The position numbers and the translations under genes are program-made. A DNA stretch of 64,000 nt from a virus, in the IMG/VR virus record IMGVR_UViG_3300019776_000693, positions 32,001-96,000 of that record, one strand, 5' to 3'. The notes beneath the pieces are model-generated. The model was not told the origin of the DNA, searched no databases, and saw only the letters and a program-made list of their open reading frames with translations. Positions 50,173 through 57,697 of this stretch are shown in pieces (position 1 is the first letter of the stretch; each line of letters begins with the position of its first letter).

Positions 50173-50450
50173 TTTAGTTCTACATCTTCTTGAGTTGATT
50201 TGTGTATTAGATTACATCCACAATCTGTGCAAATTGCTTCATCATCTACTTCTACTCCCATAAACCAATTTAAAAGTTTATTTAAGAACATCATTACTTT
50301 ATCTTTTGTTCTTAGCTGTTCTTTATTATTTGAATTTAATGGGCAAGTTTCACAAATCTTTAATCGTCTTTTTTGTTCTTCTGTTCTTTCTTTTTTATAT
50401 TCGCGTCTGCTTTTAACCGCCACCACGATATTTTTCCATGAAATGTTCAT
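50151..50450 (-). CDS. Zn-binding protein (CxxC...CxxCGC...CP..KW)
   Basis: RRLKICETCP, CTDCGCNL and CPQKKW motifs. Confidence 0.65.
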   Translation of the reverse strand: MNISWKNIVVAVKSRREYKKERTEEQKRRLKICETCPLNSNNKEQLRTKDKVMMFLNKLLNWFMGVEVDDEAICTDCGCNLIHKSTQEDVELKCPQKKW

Positions 50451-50883
50451 TGTTTACTTCGCTTACTTTTTTAAATAATGAATAAAAATTTTTAAATATT
50501 CCTACATGAGCCTCACCTGTTGCCAGATAATTCTGTTTCTGCACCATAAGCCTATTAAAATTTATAAAATCCCATCCATGATTCTTAATACATTCATCCA
50601 TTTGTGCTTTTTTAGCTAACATTACTTCATGTTTTGGATGACCTTTTAAATATCGCCCAACCATAAAAAAATTTAAAATTAAAACCCCTAAAGCAGGAAG
50701 TCTAATATTTATAGCTTCTTTTTCTTCATTCATTAAATACTTAATATAATCTACATGAAGCGAAAGCATTTCTTCTAATAAAGCTCTTGGTTTTCCTGTT
50801 TTTTCTTCCCATTCATCTATTAAATCTTTTGTCAGCGAGATTGAATTTCTTTTGGGATTATTATTTGGGTTATATAAGAACAT
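50413..50883 (-). CDS. IHF/HU-like DNA-binding protein (tentative)
   Basis: Helical N-terminus followed by INIRLPALGVL (HU/IHF-like arm). Confidence 0.4.
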   Translation of the reverse strand: MFLYNPNNNPKRNSISLTKDLIDEWEEKTGKPRALLEEMLSLHVDYIKYLMNEEKEAINIRLPALGVLILNFFMVGRYLKGHPKHEVMLAKKAQMDECIKNHGWDFINFNRLMVQKQNYLATGEAHVGIFKNFYSLFKKVSEVNNEHFMEKYRGGG

Positions 50884-51258
50884 TTATTGTGCATATTTAA
50901 AACCTAAAACATATATTGCTGATTTATGTTCATCTAAAATAAAAGAATTTCTTAAATTCTGCATATCTGTGGAAAGAGTTGATTTTCTAAGATTAGTTTT
51001 ACCTAATTCCAGGTATCCTTTACTTCTTAAATGTGTATTAGCCACTCTAATATCAATATCAGATTTTTTCTCATCATCTTTTATGTGAGACATAGCTTCT
51101 TCATTAAATCCATATTTGATATAGTATTTCATTACAGTCATTTCAAACTGTCTTATTGGACTTCTTTTTCCTATGGCGTATATTTGTAATAATAGTTCAA
51201 TTAACTCTAAATCATTTTTATAATCGACTATTAATGATGGGTATTTTTTATCGGTCAT
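50884..51258 (-). CDS. putative winged-helix DNA-binding protein
   Basis: IRVANTHLRSKGYL recognition-helix/wing pattern. Confidence 0.45.
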   Translation of the reverse strand: MTDKKYPSLIVDYKNDLELIELLLQIYAIGKRSPIRQFEMTVMKYYIKYGFNEEAMSHIKDDEKKSDIDIRVANTHLRSKGYLELGKTNLRKSTLSTDMQNLRNSFILDEHKSAIYVLGFKYAQ

Positions 51259-51472
51259 TTTTTATTTTAAAAGTGAATGTATTAAATAATATAGAAACTA
51301 ATATTCTTCTTATTAATGTTACAGAAATATTTCCGTCCATTTCGTAAATTCTGTAAAGGTCGAATGTTATAGTGTCGACAAACTCTTTGTTTTGAAGGAC
51401 AAATTCTTCTGAAATTATAGTACTGGAAATATTTCCCCAAAGTTCATTGTAGAACTCTTCAAAATTATACAT
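51248..51472 (-). CDS. hypothetical protein (74 aa), first gene of the leftward arm
   Basis: ORF track; directly downstream of the promoter at 51497-51528. Confidence 0.55.
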   Translation of the reverse strand: MYNFEEFYNELWGNISSTIISEEFVLQNKEFVDTITFDLYRIYEMDGNISVTLIRRILVSILFNTFTFKIKNDR

Positions 51473-51496
51473 TTATTATAATATTTATTTTAAAGG

Positions 51497-51528
51497 CAAA
51501 AATACAAAATTAAAAATTATTAAACAAA
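51497..51528 (-). promoter_or_regulatory. leftward Bacteroidota-type promoter (TTTG-N20-TATTTTTG)
   Basis: CAAAAATA 51497-51504 and CAAA 51525-51528; at the strand switch. Confidence 0.75.
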
Positions 51529-51627
51529 CTAGTTAAACTTTATTTATCATTTTTATATAAATTTATTTTTAACTAATTTGTATAATTGAAATATTTTTAT
51601 TAAATTGCGCCCTAATAAATACAAAAA

Positions 51628-51741
51628 CCTGCTCACCGTCCCTATAAATAGTCTAAGGAACTAAGAGGTAGAATCACTTTTCGGTGAAATAATGGTAGGA
51701 CATTTAAAAATCTAAGTGTAGGTAAGTTATAGGTGACTTAC
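51628..51741 (+). ncRNA. candidate structured RNA upstream of tRNA-Gln
   Basis: Nested stems CCTGC/GTAGG and TCACCG/CGGTGA, plus hairpin GTAAGTTA-TAGG-TGACTTAC in an otherwise AT-rich intergenic region. Confidence 0.4.
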
Positions 51742-51745
51742 AAAT

Positions 51746-51817
51746 TGATTTATGGTGTAACGGCTAACACGACTGCTTTTGGCGCAGTAATTTGAGGTTC
51801 GAATCCTTATAAATCAA
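51746..51817 (+). tRNA. trnQ: tRNA-Gln (anticodon TTG), no encoded CCA
   Basis: Acceptor TGATTTA/TAAATCA; D stem GTGT/ACAC; anticodon stem ACTGC/GCAGT with loop TTTTGGC; T arm TGAGG-TTCGAAT-CCTTA. Confidence 0.92.
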
Positions 51818-51832
51818 CAAAATTAAAAAATA

Positions 51833-51864
51833 TTTGCATATTATAATTTTTATCCTTATATTTG
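51833..51864 (+). promoter_or_regulatory. Bacteroidota-type promoter (TTTG-N20-TATATTTG)
   Basis: TTTG 51833-51836 and TATATTTG 51857-51864. Confidence 0.8.
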
Positions 51865-51884
51865 CATTTTAAAACATTACATAT

Positions 51885-51997
51885 CGGAGTTTATTTAGAG
51901 TAGTGCCTAAATAATCGAAAACAATAAAGACGAAAGTCCTATTAAACTTAAAACAACCGTGCACTACATTTGGTTGTTTTGTTTTTTAGGGCTTTTG
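51885..51997 (+). promoter_or_regulatory. 5' leader with two hairpins whose loops are complementary (kissing loop)
   Basis: Loop GTAGTGC (51900-51906) is the exact reverse complement of loop GCACTAC (51961-51967). Confidence 0.7.
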
Positions 51998-52010
51998 CGC
52001 ATTTATATAC

Positions 52011-52847
52011 ATGACAAAAAGAGTTTACATAAATAACGTAGAATATAATATTATCTTCAACATTAATTCTGTTGATTCAGATAAGTTATGTTCTGTTTTT
52101 GTTCATTTACGTGGCTCAAAAAACGGAAAAAGAAGATATTCTCCGCAAGGAAGATTTAGACACTTTTCATTATTAAAACAAGAAACAGGATTATCAAGAC
52201 ACACTATTGAAACTTATGTACCAATCTTAGTTAAATTAGGACTGGTTACTTTAAATTCTGATGGCGGGGTGTCTGTTATTGGCTTTGATTCTTCTTTTAA
52301 GACCTTTAGAACAACCAAATCTAAAAAAAAGTATATTCCTATTGAAATGCATAAATCGCATCTTAAAACGGCGGTTTCTGTTGGGAATGTGCGTATAATA
52401 AACTGCATAAATAATCAAAAAAAACATATCGACAAAAAGGATACGCAAACTAAACTATTTAAGAAACACTCCTTTCAAGTTAAAAATCCACATTTACAAA
52501 TTTTATCAAAAGCTGAAAAAAGAGCTATCGATAGATTGTTGACTAAATACGGCTCGGAAGAAAAATTCCTTTCTACTTATTGCGCAGAAACAATCCTAAG
52601 TCAAAAAGGTTTTACCAACCTAAATAAAAATAAAGACGGTAGATATTTTAAAAAGCAATTAGTAGATTGCGGAATGATTGAATCAAAAATTAGAGTTGAA
52701 AAATTAACAAATCAAATTAGTTATAAAAAATTCTTAACTTTAAAACAAACTATTATTTTAATTAATGGTAGAGGTATTTATTGGTGTCCTTTAGATAAAT
52801 GTGTGTATAAATATTTATCTTCTAGAATTAATAGTATTGTTTCTTAA
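52011..52847 (+). CDS. basic winged-HTH protein (regulator or replication initiator-like)
   Basis: LKQETGLSRHTIETYVPILVKLGLVTL wHTH pattern; Lys-rich. Confidence 0.6.
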   Translation: MTKRVYINNVEYNIIFNINSVDSDKLCSVFVHLRGSKNGKRRYSPQGRFRHFSLLKQETGLSRHTIETYVPILVKLGLVTLNSDGGVSVIGFDSSFKTFRTTKSKKKYIPIEMHKSHLKTAVSVGNVRIINCINNQKKHIDKKDTQTKLFKKHSFQVKNPHLQILSKAEKRAIDRLLTKYGSEEKFLSTYCAETILSQKGFTNLNKNKDGRYFKKQLVDCGMIESKIRVEKLTNQISYKKFLTLKQTIILINGRGIYWCPLDKCVYKYLSSRINSIVS

Positions 52848-52880
52848 GTAGTGGGGAATTTTCAGCAAGTTTAAAAAATA

Positions 52881-52912
52881 TTTGTGTAATTGAATTATTT
52901 TATGTATATTTG
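52881..52912 (+). promoter_or_regulatory. Bacteroidota-type promoter (TTTG-N20-TATATTTG)
   Basis: TTTG 52881-52884 and TATATTTG 52905-52912. Confidence 0.8.
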
Positions 52913-52985
52913 TAAAAAATAACGTTGTCAGTCTTTGTGTCTGTTGCATAAAAATAAAACAAATTTTAATTTAAACATTACAAAA

Positions 52986-53279
52986 ATGAAAGAAATATTA
53001 AATAATAACGAAACAGCCAATGGCATAAAACCTGTGTTACCTACTGTTTTTTCCTCAGTTGAAGAAGCTGTTAAAGTTTTAAAATTAGATAAAAGACATA
53101 AGTGGTATGAATTCCAAGGTGAAATATCTCGTGATGTGAAATGTACTTTACGCTGTTCTGGGTGCGATGGTGGAGGTTGCTTCGAATGCGGTTATCAAGG
53201 TAAAAGAGTTAATTATTTCCCAGTTCCTTTATATCACCCATTAACCAATGAACCTATTAAAGTTTTGTCAATAAAATAG
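52986..53279 (+). CDS. small protein with a DnaJ-like Cys motif (CSGCDGGGCFECGYQG)
   Basis: ORF track; start adjusted to MKEILNN. Confidence 0.6.
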   Translation: MKEILNNNETANGIKPVLPTVFSSVEEAVKVLKLDKRHKWYEFQGEISRDVKCTLRCSGCDGGGCFECGYQGKRVNYFPVPLYHPLTNEPIKVLSIK

Positions 53280-53332
53280 TAGATAACTACCATATTTACG
53301 CAACAATATGTAAACACCAATAAAATAAAATT

Positions 53333-53512
53333 ATGGAATATGTAATTTGTTTTTACGATGAATATAAAATAATACACAGATATGTTCAGAGCGTATATGA
53401 TTCAGAGAAAAAAGCACAAAAAGAAATTGACTATTATACAAATCAACACGGAAGAAATGAAACAAATAAATTGTTCATAACAACTTACGATAATTTTCTT
53501 AAAAGACGATAA
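53333..53512 (+). CDS. hypothetical protein (59 aa, MEYVICFYDEY...)
   Basis: Read manually; fills the gap and ends 3 nt before the next ATG. Confidence 0.6.
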   Translation: MEYVICFYDEYKIIHRYVQSVYDSEKKAQKEIDYYTNQHGRNETNKLFITTYDNFLKRR

Positions 53513-53515
53513 AAT

Positions 53516-54061
53516 ATGATAGATTATAAATTAATAAACGATTTAATATTATATTACGAAGATATAGGATTTAAAAGAATAGAAACACCTTGGTTAGTTA
53601 CAGAAGCAGTTGATTCAATAACCAGACCAAAAGAAATTGAACCATTTATTGTTCAAGCCAAGAAGAAAAACTTAATTGCATCAGGAGAACAAGGATTCTT
53701 ATATTTATATTTAAAAGAATATTTACCAAAAGGTACTTTCCAAACAGTTACACCTTGTTTTAGAAATGATAGTTTTGATTTCACACATTCAAAATATTTT
53801 ATTAAAAATGAATTAATAAAAACAGATAAAGTAGACAAATATTCTTTAGAACAAATGGTCACAAATGCAAAATATTTTTTTGACTCTCTTTTTAATACTG
53901 AAACAAATATTTTAGAAACAAATGATGGGTTTGATATTATGTTAGAAAATATAGAATTAGGAAGTTATGGTATAAGAAATTGTGAATTTTTAGATTGGAT
54001 TTATGGAACAGCATGTGCCGAACCAAGAACAAGTAAATTAATAAAATTATATAATAAATAA
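53516..54061 (+). CDS. minimal class II aminoacyl-tRNA-synthetase-like catalytic domain
   Basis: Motif 1 YYEDIGFKRIETPWL; motif 2 TPCFRND...HSKYFIKNEL; motif 3-like IELGSYG...GTACAEPR; only 181 aa. Confidence 0.7.
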   Translation: MIDYKLINDLILYYEDIGFKRIETPWLVTEAVDSITRPKEIEPFIVQAKKKNLIASGEQGFLYLYLKEYLPKGTFQTVTPCFRNDSFDFTHSKYFIKNELIKTDKVDKYSLEQMVTNAKYFFDSLFNTETNILETNDGFDIMLENIELGSYGIRNCEFLDWIYGTACAEPRTSKLIKLYNK

Positions 54062-54303
54062 TGGGATATCATATAAAAGAAATTGAAAAAGGAATTTTAG
54101 GAGAATTTTCAAAAATAAAAGAGGAATATCAAGAATTAGAAGATGCTTTTGAACAAAGAGATAAAATATTACAATTATGTGAGTTAAGTGATTTAATAGG
54201 AGCTATAGAGTTTTATTGTCAAGAAAAATTTAAAATAACATTAGAAGATTTAAAAAGTTTTTCAGATAAGACAAAATCGGCGTTTAAAGAAGGTAAAAGG
54301 TGA
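54061..54303 (+). CDS. MazG-like all-alpha NTP pyrophosphohydrolase
   Basis: KIKEEYQEL...ELSDLIGA (EExxE...ExxD) pattern; coupled to the aaRS-like gene. Confidence 0.65.
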   Translation: MGYHIKEIEKGILGEFSKIKEEYQELEDAFEQRDKILQLCELSDLIGAIEFYCQEKFKITLEDLKSFSDKTKSAFKEGKR

Positions 54304-54587
54304 AATTAAAAGACATTGGTATATTAAACCATTCAGATTTAAATCAAGAATTTTACAATATACTTGAACCAAAACATAAAGAAGCTGTTACTATGATAAT
54401 CAGTTGTTGTGGTAGTGAGTATTATTACAAGAAACTTATAAATGAGACTTTGTGGAAATACGATTTAGTCATTCTTGAAGATTTATTAGTGTTTTTTGGT
54501 TTGCAAGACATGTTTCAATTTTGTTTTTTAATTGACAGAAGTATAGAAATAAAAACATTGCAAAAAATAAATGAATTTTTAAAATAA
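54300..54587 (+). CDS. hypothetical protein (95 aa)
   Basis: ORF track; GTGA overlap with the previous stop. Confidence 0.55.
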   Translation: MKLKDIGILNHSDLNQEFYNILEPKHKEAVTMIISCCGSEYYYKKLINETLWKYDLVILEDLLVFFGLQDMFQFCFLIDRSIEIKTLQKINEFLK

Positions 54588-54591
54588 AATT

Positions 54592-54852
54592 ATGAGTGAA
54601 TTTAAAAAATTTAGAAGAAAACAAATTGCGGAAATTAGAGAAGTTACAGAAGCAGACATAAACCAGTATGCTGAAAAAGATTATATCAGTGTATTTGGGT
54701 GGCAATATGTTGTTTCTATTTCTTCGGTTGATTTAGAAAATGGAAGTCCAAAAATAGGCGATATGATTGCAAGAAATCCAATTGACCATAATGACCAATG
54801 GTTAATTGAAGAACAATATTTCAAAGATAATTTTGAACAGTTAGTTGAGTAG
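54592..54852 (+). CDS. small beta-rich phage protein of the [YF]R[KR]K...GDxI...F..xE type
   Basis: FKKFRRKQIAEI...SPKIGDMIARNP...QWLIEEQYFKDNFE. Confidence 0.6.
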   Translation: MSEFKKFRRKQIAEIREVTEADINQYAEKDYISVFGWQYVVSISSVDLENGSPKIGDMIARNPIDHNDQWLIEEQYFKDNFEQLVE

Positions 54853-54867
54853 AAAAGTATTATAAAA

Positions 54868-55251
54868 ATGCCACCAAAAAAGAAAGAAACAGAAGAAAAA
54901 ATAACTATTAAAAACTTTAAGGATAAATCTTCTAATTGGTTTGTAGACGGAGTTCATTATCATTTAAATGAGTTAGGAGATATTATTTTCTGTGCTGGTG
55001 GTATAGATAGCGAAGAAAGAAGAGAAGCTCTTAAAACGTTTATAAAGAAAAATAAAAAATGTTTTGTTCCGCGTGAAAAAAGTATATTTGAACAAGAAGA
55101 AGTGGAATATAGTACAATAGGTTTTGGAAAATATTCTAAAGAAACAACCTTAAGTTTAGTTAATATTGATAAAAGGTACGCGAGCTGGCTTTATGAAAAT
55201 TCCGCAAATAAAAAGATTAAAGAAGAGTTGAAAATATTATTAAAAAAGTAA
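54868..55251 (+). CDS. protein with a C-terminal ExoX-C-like (FGKY...D..Y..W) module
   Basis: IGFGKYSKETTLSLVNIDKRYASWL. Confidence 0.55.
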   Translation: MPPKKKETEEKITIKNFKDKSSNWFVDGVHYHLNELGDIIFCAGGIDSEERREALKTFIKKNKKCFVPREKSIFEQEEVEYSTIGFGKYSKETTLSLVNIDKRYASWLYENSANKKIKEELKILLKK

Positions 55252-55274
55252 TATCGTAAATCGCAATATAAAAT

Positions 55275-55478
55275 ATGTTAGAATTTAAAAGTATATCAAA
55301 GCACTATATTACAGGAAGAGGTGAAGTAATTGTTGTTAAAGCACAATCAGATAAAAACATTGTAGGAGAAATAATTAATATAGATGGTGAAGAATATAAA
55401 ATCAAAGGCGTTGAAGTACAGGGATATTTAAGAAAAGGTAATAATATAGGATTATTAGTTTCTAAAAGCATAAAATGA
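55275..55478 (+). CDS. stand-alone EF-Tu domain II-like beta-barrel (67 aa)
   Basis: YITGRGEVIV...VGEIINIDG...IKGVEV...KGNNIGLLV versus EF-Tu FSISGRGTVV...VGEEVEIVG...TGVEM...AGENVGVLL. Confidence 0.55.
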   Translation: MLEFKSISKHYITGRGEVIVVKAQSDKNIVGEIINIDGEEYKIKGVEVQGYLRKGNNIGLLVSKSIK

Positions 55479-55807
55479 TAACCGTAGTAAACAAATATAA
55501 ACATATTCCAACTAAGAATGATATTTATATTGGAAGAGGAAGTGTTTTAGGCAATCCTTTTACAAGTATAAAAGATAGAACTACTAAAGCTGAATTTATT
55601 TGTGATAGTAGTGAAGATAGCATCTGTTCTTTCGATTCTTTTTTGCGCGAAAAAATTAAAAATAAGGATAAAAACATTTGTGATGAATTAAATAGAATTT
55701 ATAAACTAGCACAGACAGAAGATGTATATCTAGTATGTTTTTGTAAACCAAAAAATTGTCATGGAGATGTTATAAAAGATATAATAATTTCCGCACAAAA
55801 GAAATAA
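55475..55807 (+). CDS. DUF4326-like protein
   Basis: VVNKY...IYIGRGSVLGNPF...LVCFCKPKNCHGDVI. Confidence 0.8.
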   Translation: MITVVNKYKHIPTKNDIYIGRGSVLGNPFTSIKDRTTKAEFICDSSEDSICSFDSFLREKIKNKDKNICDELNRIYKLAQTEDVYLVCFCKPKNCHGDVIKDIIISAQKK

Positions 55808-55810
55808 AAA

Positions 55811-55842
55811 GTTGTATTTTAAATAAATAATCACTATATTTG
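55811..55842 (+). promoter_or_regulatory. Bacteroidota-type promoter (GTTG-N20-TATATTTG)
   Basis: GTTG 55811-55814 and TATATTTG 55835-55842. Confidence 0.7.
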
Positions 55843-55861
55843 TAGAATAAAATTACACTAA

Positions 55862-56134
55862 ATGAATTACATAAAAGAAGATTGGTCGAAATACAAAGAA
55901 AGATTAGAAAAATATAATTATACGCCTGAACAAATTCAAAATGTTTTTAAAATCCGCGAAAATAAAGATACAGAACAGATAACAAAAGACCAATTTGATT
56001 ATCTAATATTTAAAGGAATAATTAAAAGAACAAGAAAACTAAAAAAGATAAGAAATCTTTATGTGTTTGATAATAAAGTATGGTATCTTGAACATTTTGA
56101 AAAACAATTTTGTTGGTGTGGAATATTTAATTAA
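55862..56134 (+). CDS. hypothetical protein (90 aa)
   Basis: ORF track; follows the promoter. Confidence 0.6.
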   Translation: MNYIKEDWSKYKERLEKYNYTPEQIQNVFKIRENKDTEQITKDQFDYLIFKGIIKRTRKLKKIRNLYVFDNKVWYLEHFEKQFCWCGIFN

Positions 56135-56138
56135 AATT

Positions 56139-56312
56139 ATGGACGTAGATAGTAAAAAATACAAAAGAATATTCAACAGTAATAAAACTTTTCAACAAAA
56201 ATTAGATTTAGCAGAAAAATATGCTATGGAAGTAGTTAAGTATAAAATACAAATGTCCACTTTAATGCGTTATTATGTTTCTTGCAAAATTATGCCAATA
56301 AATTTGAATTAA
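56139..56312 (+). CDS. hypothetical protein (57 aa, MDVDSKK...)
   Basis: ORF track with start adjusted to avoid overlap. Confidence 0.5.
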   Translation: MDVDSKKYKRIFNSNKTFQQKLDLAEKYAMEVVKYKIQMSTLMRYYVSCKIMPINLN

Positions 56313-56313
56313 A

Positions 56314-56345
56314 GTTGTAAAATAAAAATAAATTTCTTATCTTTG
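56314..56345 (+). promoter_or_regulatory. Bacteroidota-type promoter (GTTG-N20-TATCTTTG)
   Basis: GTTG 56314-56317 and TATCTTTG 56338-56345. Confidence 0.7.
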
Positions 56346-56351
56346 TAATCT

Positions 56352-56735
56352 ATGAAGCGTTATAGTAAAAATGGATTAGAAAAAAGAAAAGAAGAACGAA
56401 AATGTCTTCCTGAATTTTTTTCGCGACACGTTGAAATAATAAAGAAGAATAAATTGTGGTGCGAGAATTGTGGAGAAATATTAAAAGGAGATGTTTCAGA
56501 AATAGCTCATCGCTTAGCTAAATCATATTTCAAATCTATACAATGTGATGATGAAAATGTAGTGTACTTAGGAGGAAGATTTAGTAAATGTCAGTGTCAT
56601 TCTTTGTATGATGGTACGAACGAACAATTACAATCTTTAAATATTTTCGCGGAAGAAAGAATAAAAATAGAAAAATTATTAGAAAGAGTAACAGAAAACA
56701 TAAATTATAAAATATACGATAGATGGCTTCTTTAG
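56352..56735 (+). CDS. HNH/NinG-like Zn-binding nuclease
   Basis: CENCG...EIAHRL...NVVYL...CQCHSLYD. Confidence 0.6.
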   Translation: MKRYSKNGLEKRKEERKCLPEFFSRHVEIIKKNKLWCENCGEILKGDVSEIAHRLAKSYFKSIQCDDENVVYLGGRFSKCQCHSLYDGTNEQLQSLNIFAEERIKIEKLLERVTENINYKIYDRWLL

Positions 56736-57697
56736 AAGAAACACTTAAAAAATTAAATAAAGGAAAGAGGGAACAAGATAATTATTCCTTATTAAAAGAT
56801 AAGGAGGTTGTGCGTACAAGAACTTCAACAGGAAGTCCATACTTAGACTATCTATCTGGAGGTTTTATGAACGGTGGTTATAACTGCATTGTGGCTAAAG
56901 GTGGTAGTGGAAAAAGTTCAATATCTCTATTAGCTTGCAAAGATGTTATTTCTAGAGGAAAGGTTGCTGTTTATTTCGATGGAGAAGGCACTTTAGATGA
57001 TTCCTATTTCAAAAGAATGGGTGTGAATAAAGATAATTTTATACATATTCGACATAGAAATTTAGAAAGGATGTTAGATGAAGCGGAAGCTTTTGCACAA
57101 ACGGATGAAGTAGGAATTATTGTATTTGATTCTATTCCAATTTTTAAATCAACAGTTGTTCAAGAAAAATCTGCAAGTGATTATACTATAGGTATAGAAG
57201 CCCAAAGATGGGGTACTCGTATGACATTGATTGAAGGGTATGCTGTTGCAAGAGATATATGTTTATTAGGTCTGCAACATTATAAAAAAGACCCAGGAGT
57301 TATGATGGGGGATAATCGCACACTTTCACGAGGCGAGTGGCAGGGTACTATGATGAATACGTTTATTGATTTGACTAAGAAAAAAATGATTTTTGATGAA
57401 GATAAAAATTTAATAGGTCACACTTTAGACGTGAGAATAAAAAAATCTAAGGGAAGTGCTTACGACCCGACAGAAACATTTACAGTTAATTTTTACAACG
57501 AAGGTGGATTCAATCAAATTGATGAATATGCAAGAGTTTTTATAGAAACAGAAATTGCAAAACAAGGTGGAGCGTGGGTTAAGTTTCCAAATGTAAACGC
57601 AGAGGAAATAAGTGTAAATGGTGTTGATAAGTTTATTGAGCACTTAAAAAACAATCCTGAAGATTTTGAATTTTTAAAACAGCAATTAAATGATTAG
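56723..57697 (+). CDS. recA: RecA/UvsX-like recombinase
   Basis: STGSPYLDYLSGG; Walker A AKGGSGKS; YFDGEG; Walker B IIVFDSI; KQGGAW. Confidence 0.85.
   Translation: MASLEETLKKLNKGKREQDNYSLLKDKEVVRTRTSTGSPYLDYLSGGFMNGGYNCIVAKGGSGKSSISLLACKDVISRGKVAVYFDGEGTLDDSYFKRMGVNKDNFIHIRHRNLERMLDEAEAFAQTDEVGIIVFDSIPIFKSTVVQEKSASDYTIGIEAQRWGTRMTLIEGYAVARDICLLGLQHYKKDPGVMMGDNRTLSRGEWQGTMMNTFIDLTKKKMIFDEDKNLIGHTLDVRIKKSKGSAYDPTETFTVNFYNEGGFNQIDEYARVFIETEIAKQGGAWVKFPNVNAEEISVNGVDKFIEHLKNNPEDFEFLKQQLND

Noticed and set aside
51817-51870. HDV-like (theta) ribozyme 3' of the tRNA
   Set aside because: The sequence after the tRNA is AT-rich promoter DNA with no nested double-pseudoknot potential.
51925-51945. 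Hammerhead ribozyme suggested by GACGAAAGTC
   Set aside because: No CTGANGA core; the GAAA is explained by a small competing hairpin.
51480-52010. CRISPR mini-array or replication iterons in the divergent intergenic region
   Set aside because: No regularly spaced direct repeats; the repeated words are promoter boxes.
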